DNA of 64,000 bases from an uncultured bacterium (GCA_963736115.1 CAVTNR010000028.1:32001-96000); one strand, 5' to 3'. Shown: positions 11,049-21,879, numbered from the stretch's first letter. Translations and numbers: made by a program. Notes: generated by a model not told the origin, from the letters alone.

Positions 11049-11826
11049 CCGCTCCCTGACGTACGCCGGCCGTCAGAACGCGCATCAGATTCTCATAATC
11101 GGAGACTTTTTCCATGGCCTCATTCTCGAATACCGTGATGCTGCCGGTCTCCTCGGAAACGGCGATCACCAGTGCGTCCGATTCCTCCGACATCCCCATG
11201 GCGGCCCGGTGACGCGTACCCCACAGTTCTTCGGACCGGGGATTTTTACTGAGCGGCAGAATGCATTTGGCCGCTTCGATCAGGTCGTTCTGGATGACCA
11301 CCGCGCCGTCGTGCAGCGGAGAACGGGGGTTGAAAATAGAAACGATCAGGGAGGCGCTGACCAGGGCCTGCATCCGGACTCCGGTTTCGATGATGGAACG
11401 CATGCCGGCGTCCCGCCCCAGAACGACCAGTCCCCCGTAACCCCGCCTGGACAGCTCCAGGCAGGCCTTCGCCAGTTCCTCGGAAACCGGGCTTGTCTGC
11501 TCCCTGGCGATCATGCGCACCAGGCGGTTTTGCCCCATGATGGTCAAAATCCGCCTCAACTCCGGCTGAAAAATGATAATAAAGGCGACCAGCCAGACGG
11601 TGCTCAGGTTGCGGAAGATCCAGCTCAGTTCCTGCATGTTCAAGGATTGTGCCAGAAATGACGCGGCGAAGATGAGTACCAGTCCGACGAACATCTGGAC
11701 GGCCCGGGTTCTCCGCATCAGGAGGTAGAGATTGTAGAAAATGATGGATACCGCGATGACATCCAGGACGTCGATCAGGCTGACCTCCAGGAAGCCGATC
11801 CGGAACAGGGTCATCCAGTTGTCCAC
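11041..11826 (-). CDS. cdaA: Diadenylate cyclase CdaA/DacA
   Basis: Three N-terminal TM helices; FQPELRR, PLHDGAVV, GTRHRAA, VSEETG motifs. Confidence 0.95.
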   Translation of the reverse strand: MDNWMTLFRIGFLEVSLIDVLDVIAVSIIFYNLYLLMRRTRAVQMFVGLVLIFAASFLAQSLNMQELSWIFRNLSTVWLVAFIIIFQPELRRILTIMGQNRLVRMIAREQTSPVSEELAKACLELSRRGYGGLVVLGRDAGMRSIIETGVRMQALVSASLIVSIFNPRSPLHDGAVVIQNDLIEAAKCILPLSKNPRSEELWGTRHRAAMGMSEESDALVIAVSEETGSITVFENEAMEKVSDYENLMRVLTAGVRQGADA

Positions 11827-11830
11827 GGCG

Positions 11831-12748
11831 TCACTCCGAGAGGCGGATCCGGTCCGCGATTCGCACCACCTGCGTCATTTCAGCGACGTCATGAACGCGG
11901 ACCAGGCGGGCGCCCAGAAAAGAAGCCAGCGCGACAGCGGAAGCGGTGCCGTGAAGACGGCCGGCTTCGGCGATTCCCAGGGCGGCGCCGATGAAGGATT
12001 TCCGCGACGGACCGACGCACACCGGCCTTCCGAGGGCCGTGAACGCTTCCATCCGCCGGATCAGCCGGAAGCAGTCATCCGCGGATTTCCCGAATCCGAT
12101 GCCCGGGTCGAAAACCAGCCGGTCCGCGGAAAGGCCGGCCCGGACCGCCCGCTCCAGGGTTTCGGAAAAAAACCGCGTGATCTCGCCGATCAGGTCCGCG
12201 TAGTCCGTGTTTTTCTGCATGAATTCGGGGGATCCCCGTTTATGCATGACGATCACCGCAGCGTCATTGCCGGCCGCGACTTCGACCATGGCCGGATCGT
12301 CCGCCAGTCCGCCGACGTCATTGATCCAGTGCGCGCCGTTCCGGAGGGCTTCCTCCGCGACGCTTGCCCGGCGCGTATCCACGGATATCGGAAGGTCCAC
12401 GGTCGCGGCTACAGCCTTGATCACGGGCAGTATCCGGGCCTTCTCCTCCTCCTCCGAGACCGGCCGGCTGCCCGGCCGCGTCGATTCCCCCCCGATGTCG
12501 ATTCCATCCGCGCCCTGAGCGGCCATTTGCTCCGCGCGGCGCACCGCGGATTCCACGTCCGGATACCGTCCGCCGTCGAAGAAGGAATCGGGCGTGACAT
12601 TCAGAATGCCTAGAATATGCGTCCGCCTAGAAAGGGCGAGCACGCGGTTCCCGATCCGCAGATCGGGAACCGGCCCGGAGTTCGGGACGGCAGCCGTCCG
12701 CGGGTGTTCCGGCCGCGGCGGGACGTTCTCTGCGGACGGACGGCTCAT
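11831..12748 (-). CDS. folP: Dihydropteroate synthase
   Basis: [45 protein letters not shown]; start approximate. Confidence 0.95.
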   Translation of the reverse strand: MSRPSAENVPPRPEHPRTAAVPNSGPVPDLRIGNRVLALSRRTHILGILNVTPDSFFDGGRYPDVESAVRRAEQMAAQGADGIDIGGESTRPGSRPVSEEEEKARILPVIKAVAATVDLPISVDTRRASVAEEALRNGAHWINDVGGLADDPAMVEVAAGNDAAVIVMHKRGSPEFMQKNTDYADLIGEITRFFSETLERAVRAGLSADRLVFDPGIGFGKSADDCFRLIRRMEAFTALGRPVCVGPSRKSFIGAALGIAEAGRLHGTASAVALASFLGARLVRVHDVAEMTQVVRIADRIRLSE

Positions 12749-14720
12749 TCCGGTGCTGAACGCCCGGGCTTCTTCTGGGTGAAGCCGGCTTGGGCTTGGG
12801 CGCGGTTTTCCGTTTGCGGGTTGCAGGTAGGGACTTGCCCGCAAGGATGCGGTCGATTTCCCCGCCGTCCAGTATCTCTTTTTCCAGAAGCGCGGCCGCG
12901 AGCCGGTGCAGGAGCGCTTCATTTTCGTGGATCAGTTTTTCAGCGCGGTCTGAACCTTCCTGAACGATGCGTTTGACTTCCAGGTCGATTAAAACGGCGG
13001 TCTGCTCGCTGTGATCCCGGTGCCGGGCGATTTCGCGGCCGAGGAAAATCTCATCGGTTTTCTTTCCGAAAGTCACGGGTCCGATCTTCTCGCTCATGCC
13101 CCATTCGCAGACCATTTTCCGGGCGAGCTCCGTGGCGCGTTCGATGTCATTCCCGGCCCCGGTGCTCAACTCGCCTGTCACGAGCCTTTCCGCGATGCGT
13201 CCGGCCAGCAGATGGGTCATCAGCGTCTCGCAGTAACTCCTGCTGTAATTGTGCTTCTCGTCGATCGGCAGAAAGGAAGTGACGCCGAGGGCCCGGCCCC
13301 GGGGGATGATGGTGACCTTGTGCACCGGGTCGGATCCGGGGATCAGCTTGGACACCAGCACATGTCCGGATTCGTGATAGGCCGTGGCGCGCTTCTCCTC
13401 CTCCGAGATGACCAGACTTTTTCGCTCCACGCCCATCATGACCTTGTCCTTGGCCTCTTCAAGATCGGCCATCTCGACCTGTTTCTTATTCCGCCGCGCG
13501 GCCAGCAGCGCGGCCTCGTTGACCAGATTCGCCAGGTCCGCGCCCGAAAAACCCGGGGTGCCCTTGGCCAGCACCATGAGATCCACGTCGTCGGCCAGGG
13601 GGATTTTCCGGGTATGCACCTTGAGGATGCCCTCGCGTCCGCGGAAATCGGGCCGGTCCACCACCACCTGCCGGTCAAAACGGCCGGGCCGGAGCAGCGC
13701 CGTGTCCAGCACGTCCGGCCGGTTGGTTGCCGCGATGAGAATCACGCCCTCGTTGGTTTCGAATCCGTCCATTTCAACGAGCAGCTGATTCAGCGTCTGT
13801 TCCCGCTCGTCGTGACCGCCGCCCAGACCCGCGCCGCGGTGCCGTCCGACCGCATCGATTTCGTCGATAAAGATGATGCAGGGCGCGTTCCGCTTGCCCT
13901 GCTCGAACAGATCACGGACCCGCGAAGCGCCGACGCCCACGAACATTTCGACGAAATCAGCGCCGGAAATGCTGAAAAAGGGAACGCCCGCCTCTCCGGC
14001 CACGGCCTTGGCGAGCAGGGTCTTACCCGTGCCCGGAGGGCCGAGCAGGAGAACGCCCTTGGGGATGCGTCCGCCGAGGGTTTGGAACTTGTCGGGTTCC
14101 TTGAGGAACTCGATCACTTCCTGAAGCTCCTGTTTGGCTTCGTCCGCTCCGGCCACATCCTTGAACGTGATTTTGGGCTTGTTCTCGGTCAGCAGTTTGG
14201 CGCGGCTTTTCCCGAAGCTGAACAGACCTTTCGGCGCCCCGCTCTGGGTCCTCCGCCAGATGAACAGGAAATAGGACAGCAGCAGAATCCACGGCAGCAG
14301 GTTGAACAGAATGAATCCGAACCACTCCGTCGATTTCCCGCGCAACTCGTACCGGAGCCCGATCCGGTCCCATTCCTGAACCATGGCGCGGTCGACATCG
14401 AACGGAAGAACGGTCTTGAACCGTTTGTACCGGACGGTACGGCTGCCTTTGGTCAACGTCTCTTCGTACCGCAATTCGCCGTGGAACTCCCGGTCCTGAA
14501 TCAGGGCCTTCTCCACCGCGCCGGCCTGCAGAAGTCGCTGGCTTTCCGGATAAGCGATTTCCACTTCCCGGGATTTGCTCGGATTGAATAGGCGTCCGAA
14601 GTAAATGGCCAGAAAGACGAGGAAAATCCACATCAATCCGTTCCGCGCCAGGCGTTTCCAGGGCGGGTCCTGCGATTTATTCGGAGGTTGGGGCTGTTTC
14701 TCCATCGGATTCCATCTCAT
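12627..14720 (-). CDS. ftsH: ATP-dependent zinc metalloprotease FtsH
   Basis: GPPGTGKT Walker [22 protein letters not shown]. The C-terminal tail overlaps folP and may be extended by an indel. Confidence 0.97.
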   Translation of the reverse strand: MRWNPMEKQPQPPNKSQDPPWKRLARNGLMWIFLVFLAIYFGRLFNPSKSREVEIAYPESQRLLQAGAVEKALIQDREFHGELRYEETLTKGSRTVRYKRFKTVLPFDVDRAMVQEWDRIGLRYELRGKSTEWFGFILFNLLPWILLLSYFLFIWRRTQSGAPKGLFSFGKSRAKLLTENKPKITFKDVAGADEAKQELQEVIEFLKEPDKFQTLGGRIPKGVLLLGPPGTGKTLLAKAVAGEAGVPFFSISGADFVEMFVGVGASRVRDLFEQGKRNAPCIIFIDEIDAVGRHRGAGLGGGHDEREQTLNQLLVEMDGFETNEGVILIAATNRPDVLDTALLRPGRFDRQVVVDRPDFRGREGILKVHTRKIPLADDVDLMVLAKGTPGFSGADLANLVNEAALLAARRNKKQVEMADLEEAKDKVMMGVERKSLVISEEEKRATAYHESGHVLVSKLIPGSDPVHKVTIIPRGRALGVTSFLPIDEKHNYSRSYCETLMTHLLAGRIAERLVTGELSTGAGNDIERATELARKMVCEWGMSEKIGPVTFGKKTDEIFLGREIARHRDHSEQTAVLIDLEVKRIVQEGSDRAEKLIHENEALLHRLAAALLEKEILDGGEIDRILAGKSLPATRKRKTAPKPKPASPRRSPGVQHRNEPSVRRERPAAAGTPADGCRPELRAGSRSADREPRARPF

Positions 14721-16128
14721 GGGTTTTGGTTCGGGGATGCCGGGCCGCGGTCAGTTTCAGCCTTGAGGAATTGCCGGGTGCCGGGCGTAATCCTGACCCG
14801 GTCGTCCATCCTGAATCCGACGATCCAGATCGGCCCGTCGGCATCGGTCAGGATGGGAATTCTACTGCGAAGACAGTTGGGGATTTTTTCGTCAATAAAA
14901 AAACGCTTCACCTTTTTGGCGGCCGGCATGCCGAGTGGTGAAAACCGGTCGCCGGTCCTGTAATAGCGCAGACGAAGCGGCAGCCGGACCCTTTCCGCGT
15001 CGAAAAATTCGATGCGGGGATTCGCCTGCTTCAGCAGTCCGGGACCGACCGATTCCTCGTGATTGGACACCCGGACCCGGGTTCCGCCGTCCAAAGAAGC
15101 CCATTCGCCCGGTCGGATATCCATTGAACGGATTCCCGGGGCCGCGGTTCCGAGAAAAATCAGCTGATTCCCGCAGCGATGAACTCCGATGCCGTCGCGC
15201 AACAGCACCTTCCGGCCGCTTCGCGAGCGTTCCGCAAGGGATAGAACGCGTTCATAAGCGGCTGCATCCAGTTCGGCCGCTCCATCCGTCAGTTCCCGCA
15301 CAATCCTTGAAATGATGCCTTTACGGATGATGATAAAATAATGTAAAAACGGAAAAATATCAAGCCTTATTTCTCCCCAGGGTCCCGGCCGGGCGGCCTG
15401 GGAAAAAGCCCTTTCACTCTCATGTTCGATGAAATCCCAGGATTCCCCCGCGGATTCTCCGAATCGGCAGAGTGTGGACACAGCGCCCTTGCCGAACTGA
15501 CGTTTCAGGCCCGGGATGATTTTACGACGTACCCGGTTGCGGCGAAACCGCGTATCCAGGTTGGTTGCGTCTTCGCGGTAATCGAGCTTTTTTTCCGAAA
15601 CCTGTTTTTCAATGTCCTGGCGGCTTGCGAAGAGAAGCGGCCGGATCACTGTTCCATTCTGGGGCTGCATGCCTCGGGCTCCGCGGAGGCCCGCCCCTCG
15701 GAGCAGATTCAAAAGGATGGTTTCGGCCTGGTCGTCCGCATGATGTCCGACCGCGATCCTTTCGAAATTCAGCCGGTTGATCATTTCTCCGAGTATCCGG
15801 TATCTCAGGATTCTGGCGGATTCTTCCGTCGATTTCCTGTGACGTTCCGCAAATCCGGACACATCGGCTTTTTCACTGAAAAACGGGAGCCCCCTGGATT
15901 CGGCCATGGAACGGACGAAACGCTCGTCCTCATCCGCGCTTTCCCCCTCAGGCCGTGATTCACATGCGCCACGGCCAGGGTCAAATCCAGGTCCGGCCGC
16001 ACCCGGTTGAAACAGTCCAGGAGAACGACCGAGTCGATGCCTCCGGATACCGCGATCAGGATCTTTTCGCCCGGCAGGACAAGTCGGTGTGTCAGACAAT
16101 AGGATAGAAATCGGTCTGTGAATTCCAT
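14717..16128 (-). CDS. tilS: tRNA(Ile)-lysidine synthase (frameshift in G-run near 15945)
   Basis: [16 protein letters not shown], then ARILRY and [10 protein letters not shown] in another frame; one extra G restores the frame. Confidence 0.92.
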
Positions 16129-16136
16129 ATCCGTAT

Positions 16137-16172
16137 GAAAAAAAATGACCTTGCCGGCTTCCGGAAGGTCAT
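16137..16172 (-). terminator. Intrinsic terminator after tRNA-Met, just upstream of tilS
   Basis: ATGACCTTCCGG-AAG-CCGGCAAGGTCAT hairpin followed by a T-run. Confidence 0.6.
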
Positions 16173-16191
16173 TGAACCAGGGCTTTTGTTG

Positions 16192-16264
16192 TAGCGGTGC
16201 AGGGATTTGAACCCCGGACACGCGGATTATGATTCCGCTGCTCTGCCAACTGAGCTACACCGCC
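16192..16264 (-). tRNA. tRNA-Met (CAT), probably elongator
   Basis: GGCGGTG/CACCGCT acceptor, anticodon arm GCGGA-ATCATAA-TCCGC, GGTTCAAATCC T-arm; CCA not encoded. Confidence 0.92.
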
Positions 16265-16340
16265 ATACTTAATATTTTCCGGAAGTTAATTTAATAAATC
16301 AAACAGCAAAAATCAAGGGATTTCGCACCGTCCCGGCGGC

Positions 16341-18188
16341 TCAGGAAGCTTCTCCCTGAATATTGAATCCCCTCTGTTCCTGCTCAAAATAGGGTATGGT
16401 CTGACGTTTATTCACATCCCGGTGGAATTCCATCAGCAGTTCACGCACATTTTCGCTGGAATCCATGCTCATCGACTCCCCCACGAGTTCCTCGCATTCG
16501 GCGATGCGGACTGCCCGGACCCGCTCCTTGACTTCCATCAGCATGGAGGGGCTCATGCTGAGCTGACGCAGACCCAGCCCGATCAGGATTGCCGTGTACA
16601 TCGGGCTCCCGGCCATCTCGCCGCACAGAGACACGGATTTTCCGGCGTCGTTCGCGGCCTTGATGGTGCCCTGGAGCAGCCTCAATATGGCCGGATTCAG
16701 GGGCTGATAGAATTTGGCTACTTTTTCGTTGTTCCGGTCCACGGCCAGCGTGTATTGGATCAGATCATTGGTCCCGATGCTGAAGAAATCCGTGTACCGG
16801 ATCATCCGGTCCGCGAGTATGGCGGCGGACGGCACCTCGATCATGATGCCCGTGGGCGCGTTGTCATTGAAGGGACGGTTTTTTGCCCGTAGCTCTTCCT
16901 TGCATTCCTGCAGAACGGACCGGATTTCAAATAATTCCTCCAGGCTCGAAATCATCGGATACAGGATCCGGACGGGCCCGAAATGACTCGCCCGGAGGAT
17001 AGCCCGGAGCTGTTCCTTGAAAACATCCCGTTCCTGGAGCGAGATCCGGATGGAACGCCAGCCCAGGAATGGATTGATCTCCGCGGTGATGCCCTGAAAC
17101 GGGAGGAATTTGTCACCGCCCAGATCGAGCGTACGGATGGTGACCGTCCGTCCCTTCATGGCCTGGACGACGGTTTTGTATATCTGGAACTGTTCGTCCT
17201 CTGCCAGGAGTCTTCCGGCCGTCAGAAAGGGCAGTTCGGTCCGGAAAAGGCCGATTCCGCTGCTATGGTTGCGCACGGCCAGATGGACGTCGGGCATCAT
17301 GGAAACATTGGCCTGGAGGGATAGTTCAACGCCGTCCAGCGTACGGGAGGGCTGGTCCTTTTCCCGGGAGAGCCTGCGGATATAGGTTTTAAACTGAGAT
17401 TTGAGCCTGACGTAGCTGCGCAGGACATGCGGCGGAGGGTCTATGTAAACAATGCCCGTGTTCCCGTCCACGACGACCGTGCTTCCGTTGCGGATCTGGC
17501 ACATCAGTCTTTCGGTGCCCACGACGGCGGGAAGGTTCATCGACCGGGCGAGGATAGAAACATGGGACGTCTCGCCTCCGAGTTCCGTTGCGAATCCGAG
17601 CGTCTTTTTCCGGTCAAGCCGTGCGGTGTCCGAGGGCGTCAGATTGTGAGCTACGAGGATGACATTCTCATCCGCGGAAACGGATGCGTCCTCCGCCCTG
17701 AGCAGGATGCGCAGGAGCCGTACAGCCACATCCTGGATATCGTCCATCCGACTGCGAAAAAGCGCGTTGTTCATCTTCTGGAAGGAGGGCCGGATGCGGT
17801 CGACCCCCTCCTTCAGTAGAAACTCCGAATTGCGTTTTCTCGATCGGATGGCGGCCGGTATCTCCTCCTGGAAGAAGGGATCATTCAGGATGAGGATATG
17901 GGCCTCGAAGATCTGCGCCTCGGCCGGTCCCAGTTCCCGCCTGACGCGCTCGCTGCATTCCCTGAGTTGGACCGAAACGTCCTCGAGCGCCTTGCGGTAG
18001 CGGCTCAATTCCTCCGCGCTCCGGGGAACCGTCAGCACGGTTTCGGAGACTTCCTCCCAGGGACTTTTCAGTACCCAGGCCTTGCCGATGGCGATCCCCT
18101 CGGACACGGGTATGCCCCTCAGCAGACCCTGAAAAGCGCCGCTTTCGGATTCCGCGCAAGGCGTGGATGTGATCGAGGACGGGGACAA
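16341..18188 (-). CDS. ptsI: PEP-protein phosphotransferase (PTS enzyme I)
   Basis: GGETSHVSILARS (phospho-His), GIGLFRTE, RTLDLGGDK, NPFLGWR, FSIGTNDL, CGEMAG. Confidence 0.95.
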   Translation of the reverse strand: MSPSSITSTPCAESESGAFQGLLRGIPVSEGIAIGKAWVLKSPWEEVSETVLTVPRSAEELSRYRKALEDVSVQLRECSERVRRELGPAEAQIFEAHILILNDPFFQEEIPAAIRSRKRNSEFLLKEGVDRIRPSFQKMNNALFRSRMDDIQDVAVRLLRILLRAEDASVSADENVILVAHNLTPSDTARLDRKKTLGFATELGGETSHVSILARSMNLPAVVGTERLMCQIRNGSTVVVDGNTGIVYIDPPPHVLRSYVRLKSQFKTYIRRLSREKDQPSRTLDGVELSLQANVSMMPDVHLAVRNHSSGIGLFRTELPFLTAGRLLAEDEQFQIYKTVVQAMKGRTVTIRTLDLGGDKFLPFQGITAEINPFLGWRSIRISLQERDVFKEQLRAILRASHFGPVRILYPMISSLEELFEIRSVLQECKEELRAKNRPFNDNAPTGIMIEVPSAAILADRMIRYTDFFSIGTNDLIQYTLAVDRNNEKVAKFYQPLNPAILRLLQGTIKAANDAGKSVSLCGEMAGSPMYTAILIGLGLRQLSMSPSMLMEVKERVRAVRIAECEELVGESMSMDSSENVRELLMEFHRDVNKRQTIPYFEQEQRGFNIQGEAS

Positions 18189-18206
18189 ACAGGTTTCCTT
18201 TCTCTA

Positions 18207-18248
18207 TCTGTCAGCGAGCGCATTCCCCCGCTTCGCGGGGAGCATCAT
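18207..18248 (+). repeat. Minimal (about 42 bp) copy of the IS200/IS605-like palindromic element
   Basis: TCTGTCAGCGAGCGCATTCC-CCCGCTTCGCGGG-GAGCATCA matches both ends of the elements at 55879 and 62730. Confidence 0.75.
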
Positions 18249-18731
18249 TTATTCCAGGAACCGCTTCAGCCGGTTCTTCAGGAGCGTTTTCTGGAGCGCC
18301 GAAGCGTGATCGATGATGAGAACGCCCCGGAGATGGTCGATCTCGTGCTGAACGGCCCTGGCGGACATCCCCTCCAGCGTCTGTTCGACGGTTTTTCCGT
18401 CCGCATCCAGCCCGCGGATATGGATGGAACCCGGTCTGTGCACATGCACATGAATATCCGGAAGGCTGAGGCATCCTTCCTCAATGGAGACTTCCTCGGA
18501 ATCGGACTCAACGATTTCAGGGTTGATCAGACTGAAGGGCCCGTCACCCACGTCGACCACGATCACCTGTCTGGAGTCCCCGATCTGCGGCGCCGCAAGA
18601 CCCACGCCCTCTTCCTGGTACATCACTTCCGTCATGTGCTCGACCAGGTGGCGGATTTCCGAGTTCATGCGCTCGACCGGAGCGGCTTTCAGGCGAAGCA
18701 CGCGTGCGGGATAGATTTCGATCGGATTCAC
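18249..18731 (-). CDS. def: Peptide deformylase
   Basis: GVGLAAPQIG, EGCLS, QHEIDHL; GTG start overlapping the thiC stop. Confidence 0.95.
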   Translation of the reverse strand: MNPIEIYPARVLRLKAAPVERMNSEIRHLVEHMTEVMYQEEGVGLAAPQIGDSRQVIVVDVGDGPFSLINPEIVESDSEEVSIEEGCLSLPDIHVHVHRPGSIHIRGLDADGKTVEQTLEGMSARAVQHEIDHLRGVLIIDHASALQKTLLKNRLKRFLE

Positions 18732-20050
18732 GGTCCGGATCCCTCTGTTGGAAATCCCTCCGGGCCGGCAGAACCGGACGGGTCGCGCATCAGGCGGATC
18801 GCGCAATACGAGCCGCACATCGTGCAGACCTCCTCCTGCTCCGGGAGCGAGGATTGACGGAGCGTCCGCGGACGCTCCGGGTCTATGGCCAGGCGGTACT
18901 GGGATTCCCAGTCCAGCCGCCTCCGTGCCTCGGACATGGCCCGGTCGCGTTCGAGCGCGCCGGGAACCCCTTTGACGATATCCGCGGCATGTCCGGCAAT
19001 CCGGGCCGCAATGACGCCCTGACGGACATCCTCCTCGTCCGGCAGGCGCAGATGCTCCCCGGGAGTGACATAGCACAGAAAATCAGCGCCCGCGGCAGCG
19101 GCAACAGCGCCGCCGATCGCCGCCGTGATGTGGTCATACCCGGGCGCCGCGTCGGTCACGAGCGGGCCGAGCACGTAGAAAGGCGCGTTCTCACAGATGC
19201 TTTTCTGAAGCCGGATATTGGTTTCGATCTGGTTCAGCGGCACATGGCCGGGCCCCTCGATCATGACCTGAACACCGCGGTCCCAGGCACGGCGCGTCAG
19301 CTCACCAAGCAGAATCAATTCCTCGATCTGGGCGCGGTCGGTCGCATCCAGGATGGACCCCGGCCGAAGACCGTCTCCGAGACTCAAAGTGACGTCATGG
19401 GCGGCCGCGATGTCGAGGAGCCGGTCGTACTTTTCGTACAGCGGATTTTCCTCGCGATGCGCGGCCATCCAGGAGGCAAGAAAGGATCCTCCGCGGCTGA
19501 CAATATGCATGACCCTTCCCTGACGGGTCAGGCGTTCCAGACTCCGGCGGGTGACCCCGCAATGCACGGTGAAAAAATCAACCCCCTGTTCCGCCTGGCG
19601 CTCCAGCACGGAAAAAAGCCCCTCAACCGTCATGTCCGAAATGCTGCCCCCGCCACGGCAGGCTTCCACAGCCGCCTCGTAAATCGGAACCGTGCCCAGT
19701 GCGACCGGAGCGGCCTCCATCAATGCCATGCGTATTTCCCGGAGGTCTCCGCTCGTGGACAGATCCATGAGCGCATCCGCGCCCGCGTCGACTGCGATCC
19801 TGGCCTTGGCGATTTCCCGAGCGACGTCGGGCGAGTCCGGAGACGTGCCCACGTTGGCATTGACCTTTGTCCTGAGCTTCCTGCCGACTCCCAGGGGCCG
19901 TCCGTTCCGGCGGCCCGGATTCTTCAGGATGACTGTTTCTCCGCGGCGTACGTGTTCGAGAAGCTCCTTTTCCGGGATGCTCTCTTCCGCTGCGATAGAA
20001 GCCATTTCATCCGTGATCCGGCCCGATAGAGCCGCTTCGCGCTGCGTCAT
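18728..20050 (-). CDS. thiC: Phosphomethylpyrimidine synthase (short ThiC family)
   Basis: KVNANVGTS, MDLST, SRGGS, SLGDGLRPG, EGPGHVP, YDHIT, C-terminal CTMCGSYC. Confidence 0.9.
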   Translation of the reverse strand: MTQREAALSGRITDEMASIAAEESIPEKELLEHVRRGETVILKNPGRRNGRPLGVGRKLRTKVNANVGTSPDSPDVAREIAKARIAVDAGADALMDLSTSGDLREIRMALMEAAPVALGTVPIYEAAVEACRGGGSISDMTVEGLFSVLERQAEQGVDFFTVHCGVTRRSLERLTRQGRVMHIVSRGGSFLASWMAAHREENPLYEKYDRLLDIAAAHDVTLSLGDGLRPGSILDATDRAQIEELILLGELTRRAWDRGVQVMIEGPGHVPLNQIETNIRLQKSICENAPFYVLGPLVTDAAPGYDHITAAIGGAVAAAAGADFLCYVTPGEHLRLPDEEDVRQGVIAARIAGHAADIVKGVPGALERDRAMSEARRRLDWESQYRLAIDPERPRTLRQSSLPEQEEVCTMCGSYCAIRLMRDPSGSAGPEGFPTEGSGP

Positions 20051-20135
20051 AAACGGCACTGGTTTCCTTTCGTAAACGTTTAAATATACGAAAATTGGCC
20101 GGAAAAATCCACTTTTAATCGGGTGGCGGGGTCCC

Positions 20136-21389
20136 TCATTCCAAGCCTGTTGCGCGTGTCACGATACCGTCCCCGAACTTGTCCCGCAAACTGTCAGCCG
20201 CGCGGTTCAATTTGCCTCTCCGGATGTCTGCTTTCGGTATGAACAGTTCCGTCTGTCCGGTCGTTTCTTCGGACAGGCCGGAAACACCGACTCCGAGAAG
20301 ACGCACTTTGCGTTTTCCGGCGAGCACCGGTCCGGCCAGCCGTAAAACCGCCGCAAATATCCGCTCAGAGAGATCCGTCGGACACTGGAGGGATACGCGT
20401 CTGGAGAGCGTTTCGAAATCCTCAAACCGCACCTTCAGTTCGATGACCCGGCCGGTGCGCTGTGCCCGCCTGAGGCGCAGTCCCACGCGTTCCGACAACT
20501 CAAGCAGAACCGCGTGCAGGAATCCGGGATCCGCTGTATCCTCATCGAAAGTCGTCTCGTTGCTCACGGAACGGACTTCGTGTTCGGTCGTCACCGGAGA
20601 ATCGTCCCTGCCGAACGCGGACTGGCGGAGCCAGTTCGCGCCTTCTCCGCAGATGCGAATCCAATCTTCCTCTCGGATGTCCTGCAGGTCTCCGATGTTC
20701 AAAATGCCAAGCCGGCGAAGACGATCCCGGGTCTTCGGACCGACTCCCGGAATACGACCTACCGGAAGCGGACGAAGAAATACAGCGGTTTCATCCGCCG
20801 GAATCCAAACCAGCCCGTCCGGTTTCCGGAGATCGGAGGCGATCTTGGCGGTTGTTTTGGAACAGCCGATGCCGACCGATGCCGTCAGACCTTCCGATTC
20901 GCGGATCTCCCCTTTGATCGCTGAAGCTGCGTCCAGGGGGGATCCGGAAAGCCGGCCGGTTCCGGTCATGTCCAGGTAAGCTTCGTCCAGACCGGCTGGT
21001 TCGAGGAGAGGTGTGCGGGCCGACAGCAGGGCCATGATGCGGCCGCTGATTTCTTCATACCGGCTGAAACGCGGACGGACGAACGCGCCCTCGGGGCAGA
21101 GACGGAAAGCCTTTGAAATCGGCATGGCGGAAGCAATTCCGAAACGCCTCGCTTCATAGGATGCGGCGGAAACAACGCCCCTGCCGTTCCCGCCTTTGGG
21201 ATCGGCTCCGACGATGACCGGTTTTCCCCTCAGGCCGGGGTCGTCCAACTGTTCCACGGACGCGAAAAAGGCGTCCATATCCACATGGAAGATGTGGCGC
21301 GGCTCGGGACGCGGCTCACGACGCGTCTCGCTTCCCGACTCGGGACGCGGCTCATCCATGCCGCGGGGATTGATTATCGGTTCTTTCAC
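20136..21389 (-). CDS. dinB: DNA polymerase IV
   Basis: HVDMDAFFASVE, SYEAR, LDEAYLD, AKIASDLRKPDG. Confidence 0.95.
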   Translation of the reverse strand: MKEPIINPRGMDEPRPESGSETRREPRPEPRHIFHVDMDAFFASVEQLDDPGLRGKPVIVGADPKGGNGRGVVSAASYEARRFGIASAMPISKAFRLCPEGAFVRPRFSRYEEISGRIMALLSARTPLLEPAGLDEAYLDMTGTGRLSGSPLDAASAIKGEIRESEGLTASVGIGCSKTTAKIASDLRKPDGLVWIPADETAVFLRPLPVGRIPGVGPKTRDRLRRLGILNIGDLQDIREEDWIRICGEGANWLRQSAFGRDDSPVTTEHEVRSVSNETTFDEDTADPGFLHAVLLELSERVGLRLRRAQRTGRVIELKVRFEDFETLSRRVSLQCPTDLSERIFAAVLRLAGPVLAGKRKVRLLGVGVSGLSEETTGQTELFIPKADIRRGKLNRAADSLRDKFGDGIVTRATGLE

Positions 21390-21856
21390 TTGTGATATTT
21401 CTCGTTCCGCAGGATGGAAAAGGCCCGGTACAGCTGTTCCAGAAAAATTAAACGCGACATCTCATGAGTGAAGGTCATCGGTGAAATGGAGAGTACGAAA
21501 TCCGAGGCCCGGATCGCGGAATCGCTGAGTCCGGCAGGCCCCCCGATGACGAAACAGGCATCCGCGACGCTGCGGTTCTGTAGGAGTCGGATCTTTTCGG
21601 CGAAATCTTCCGATGAAAGCATCCTGCCCCTGCGGTCGAGGGCCGTCAGGTAACTGCGGGCAGGGACCGTCTCAGCCATGCGGCGCCATTCCTGTTCCCG
21701 GATATCCTCAACCGGCCGGTTCTGTGTGCAGCGGATCTCCCGGACCGTGATGAGCCGCACGGACACGACTCGTTCCAGCCGGCCGAGAAAATCCTTCTCC
21801 CCCTCCAGAATGTAGCCGGACCGCGTGCGGCCGGGAGTCACAATCGAAATACGCAC
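21386..21856 (-). CDS. rlmH: 23S rRNA pseudouridine-1915 N3-methyltransferase
   Basis: LDRRG..SSEDFA, FVIGGPAGL, MTFTHEMSRLIFLEQLYRAF..YHK. Confidence 0.95.
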   Translation of the reverse strand: MRISIVTPGRTRSGYILEGEKDFLGRLERVVSVRLITVREIRCTQNRPVEDIREQEWRRMAETVPARSYLTALDRRGRMLSSEDFAEKIRLLQNRSVADACFVIGGPAGLSDSAIRASDFVLSISPMTFTHEMSRLIFLEQLYRAFSILRNEKYHK

Positions 21857-21879
21857 GGCTCACTCTCCCATCCGCGTTC

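Noticed and set aside
12627-12748. 122-nt ftsH/folP overlap as dual coding
   Set aside because: Another frame has a TGA overlapping the folP ATG, so a single indel or a later folP start explains it.
21303-21354. 16-bp direct repeat CTCGGGACGCGGCTCA
   Set aside because: Encodes a low-complexity EPRPE duplication in the DinB N-terminal tail; only two copies.
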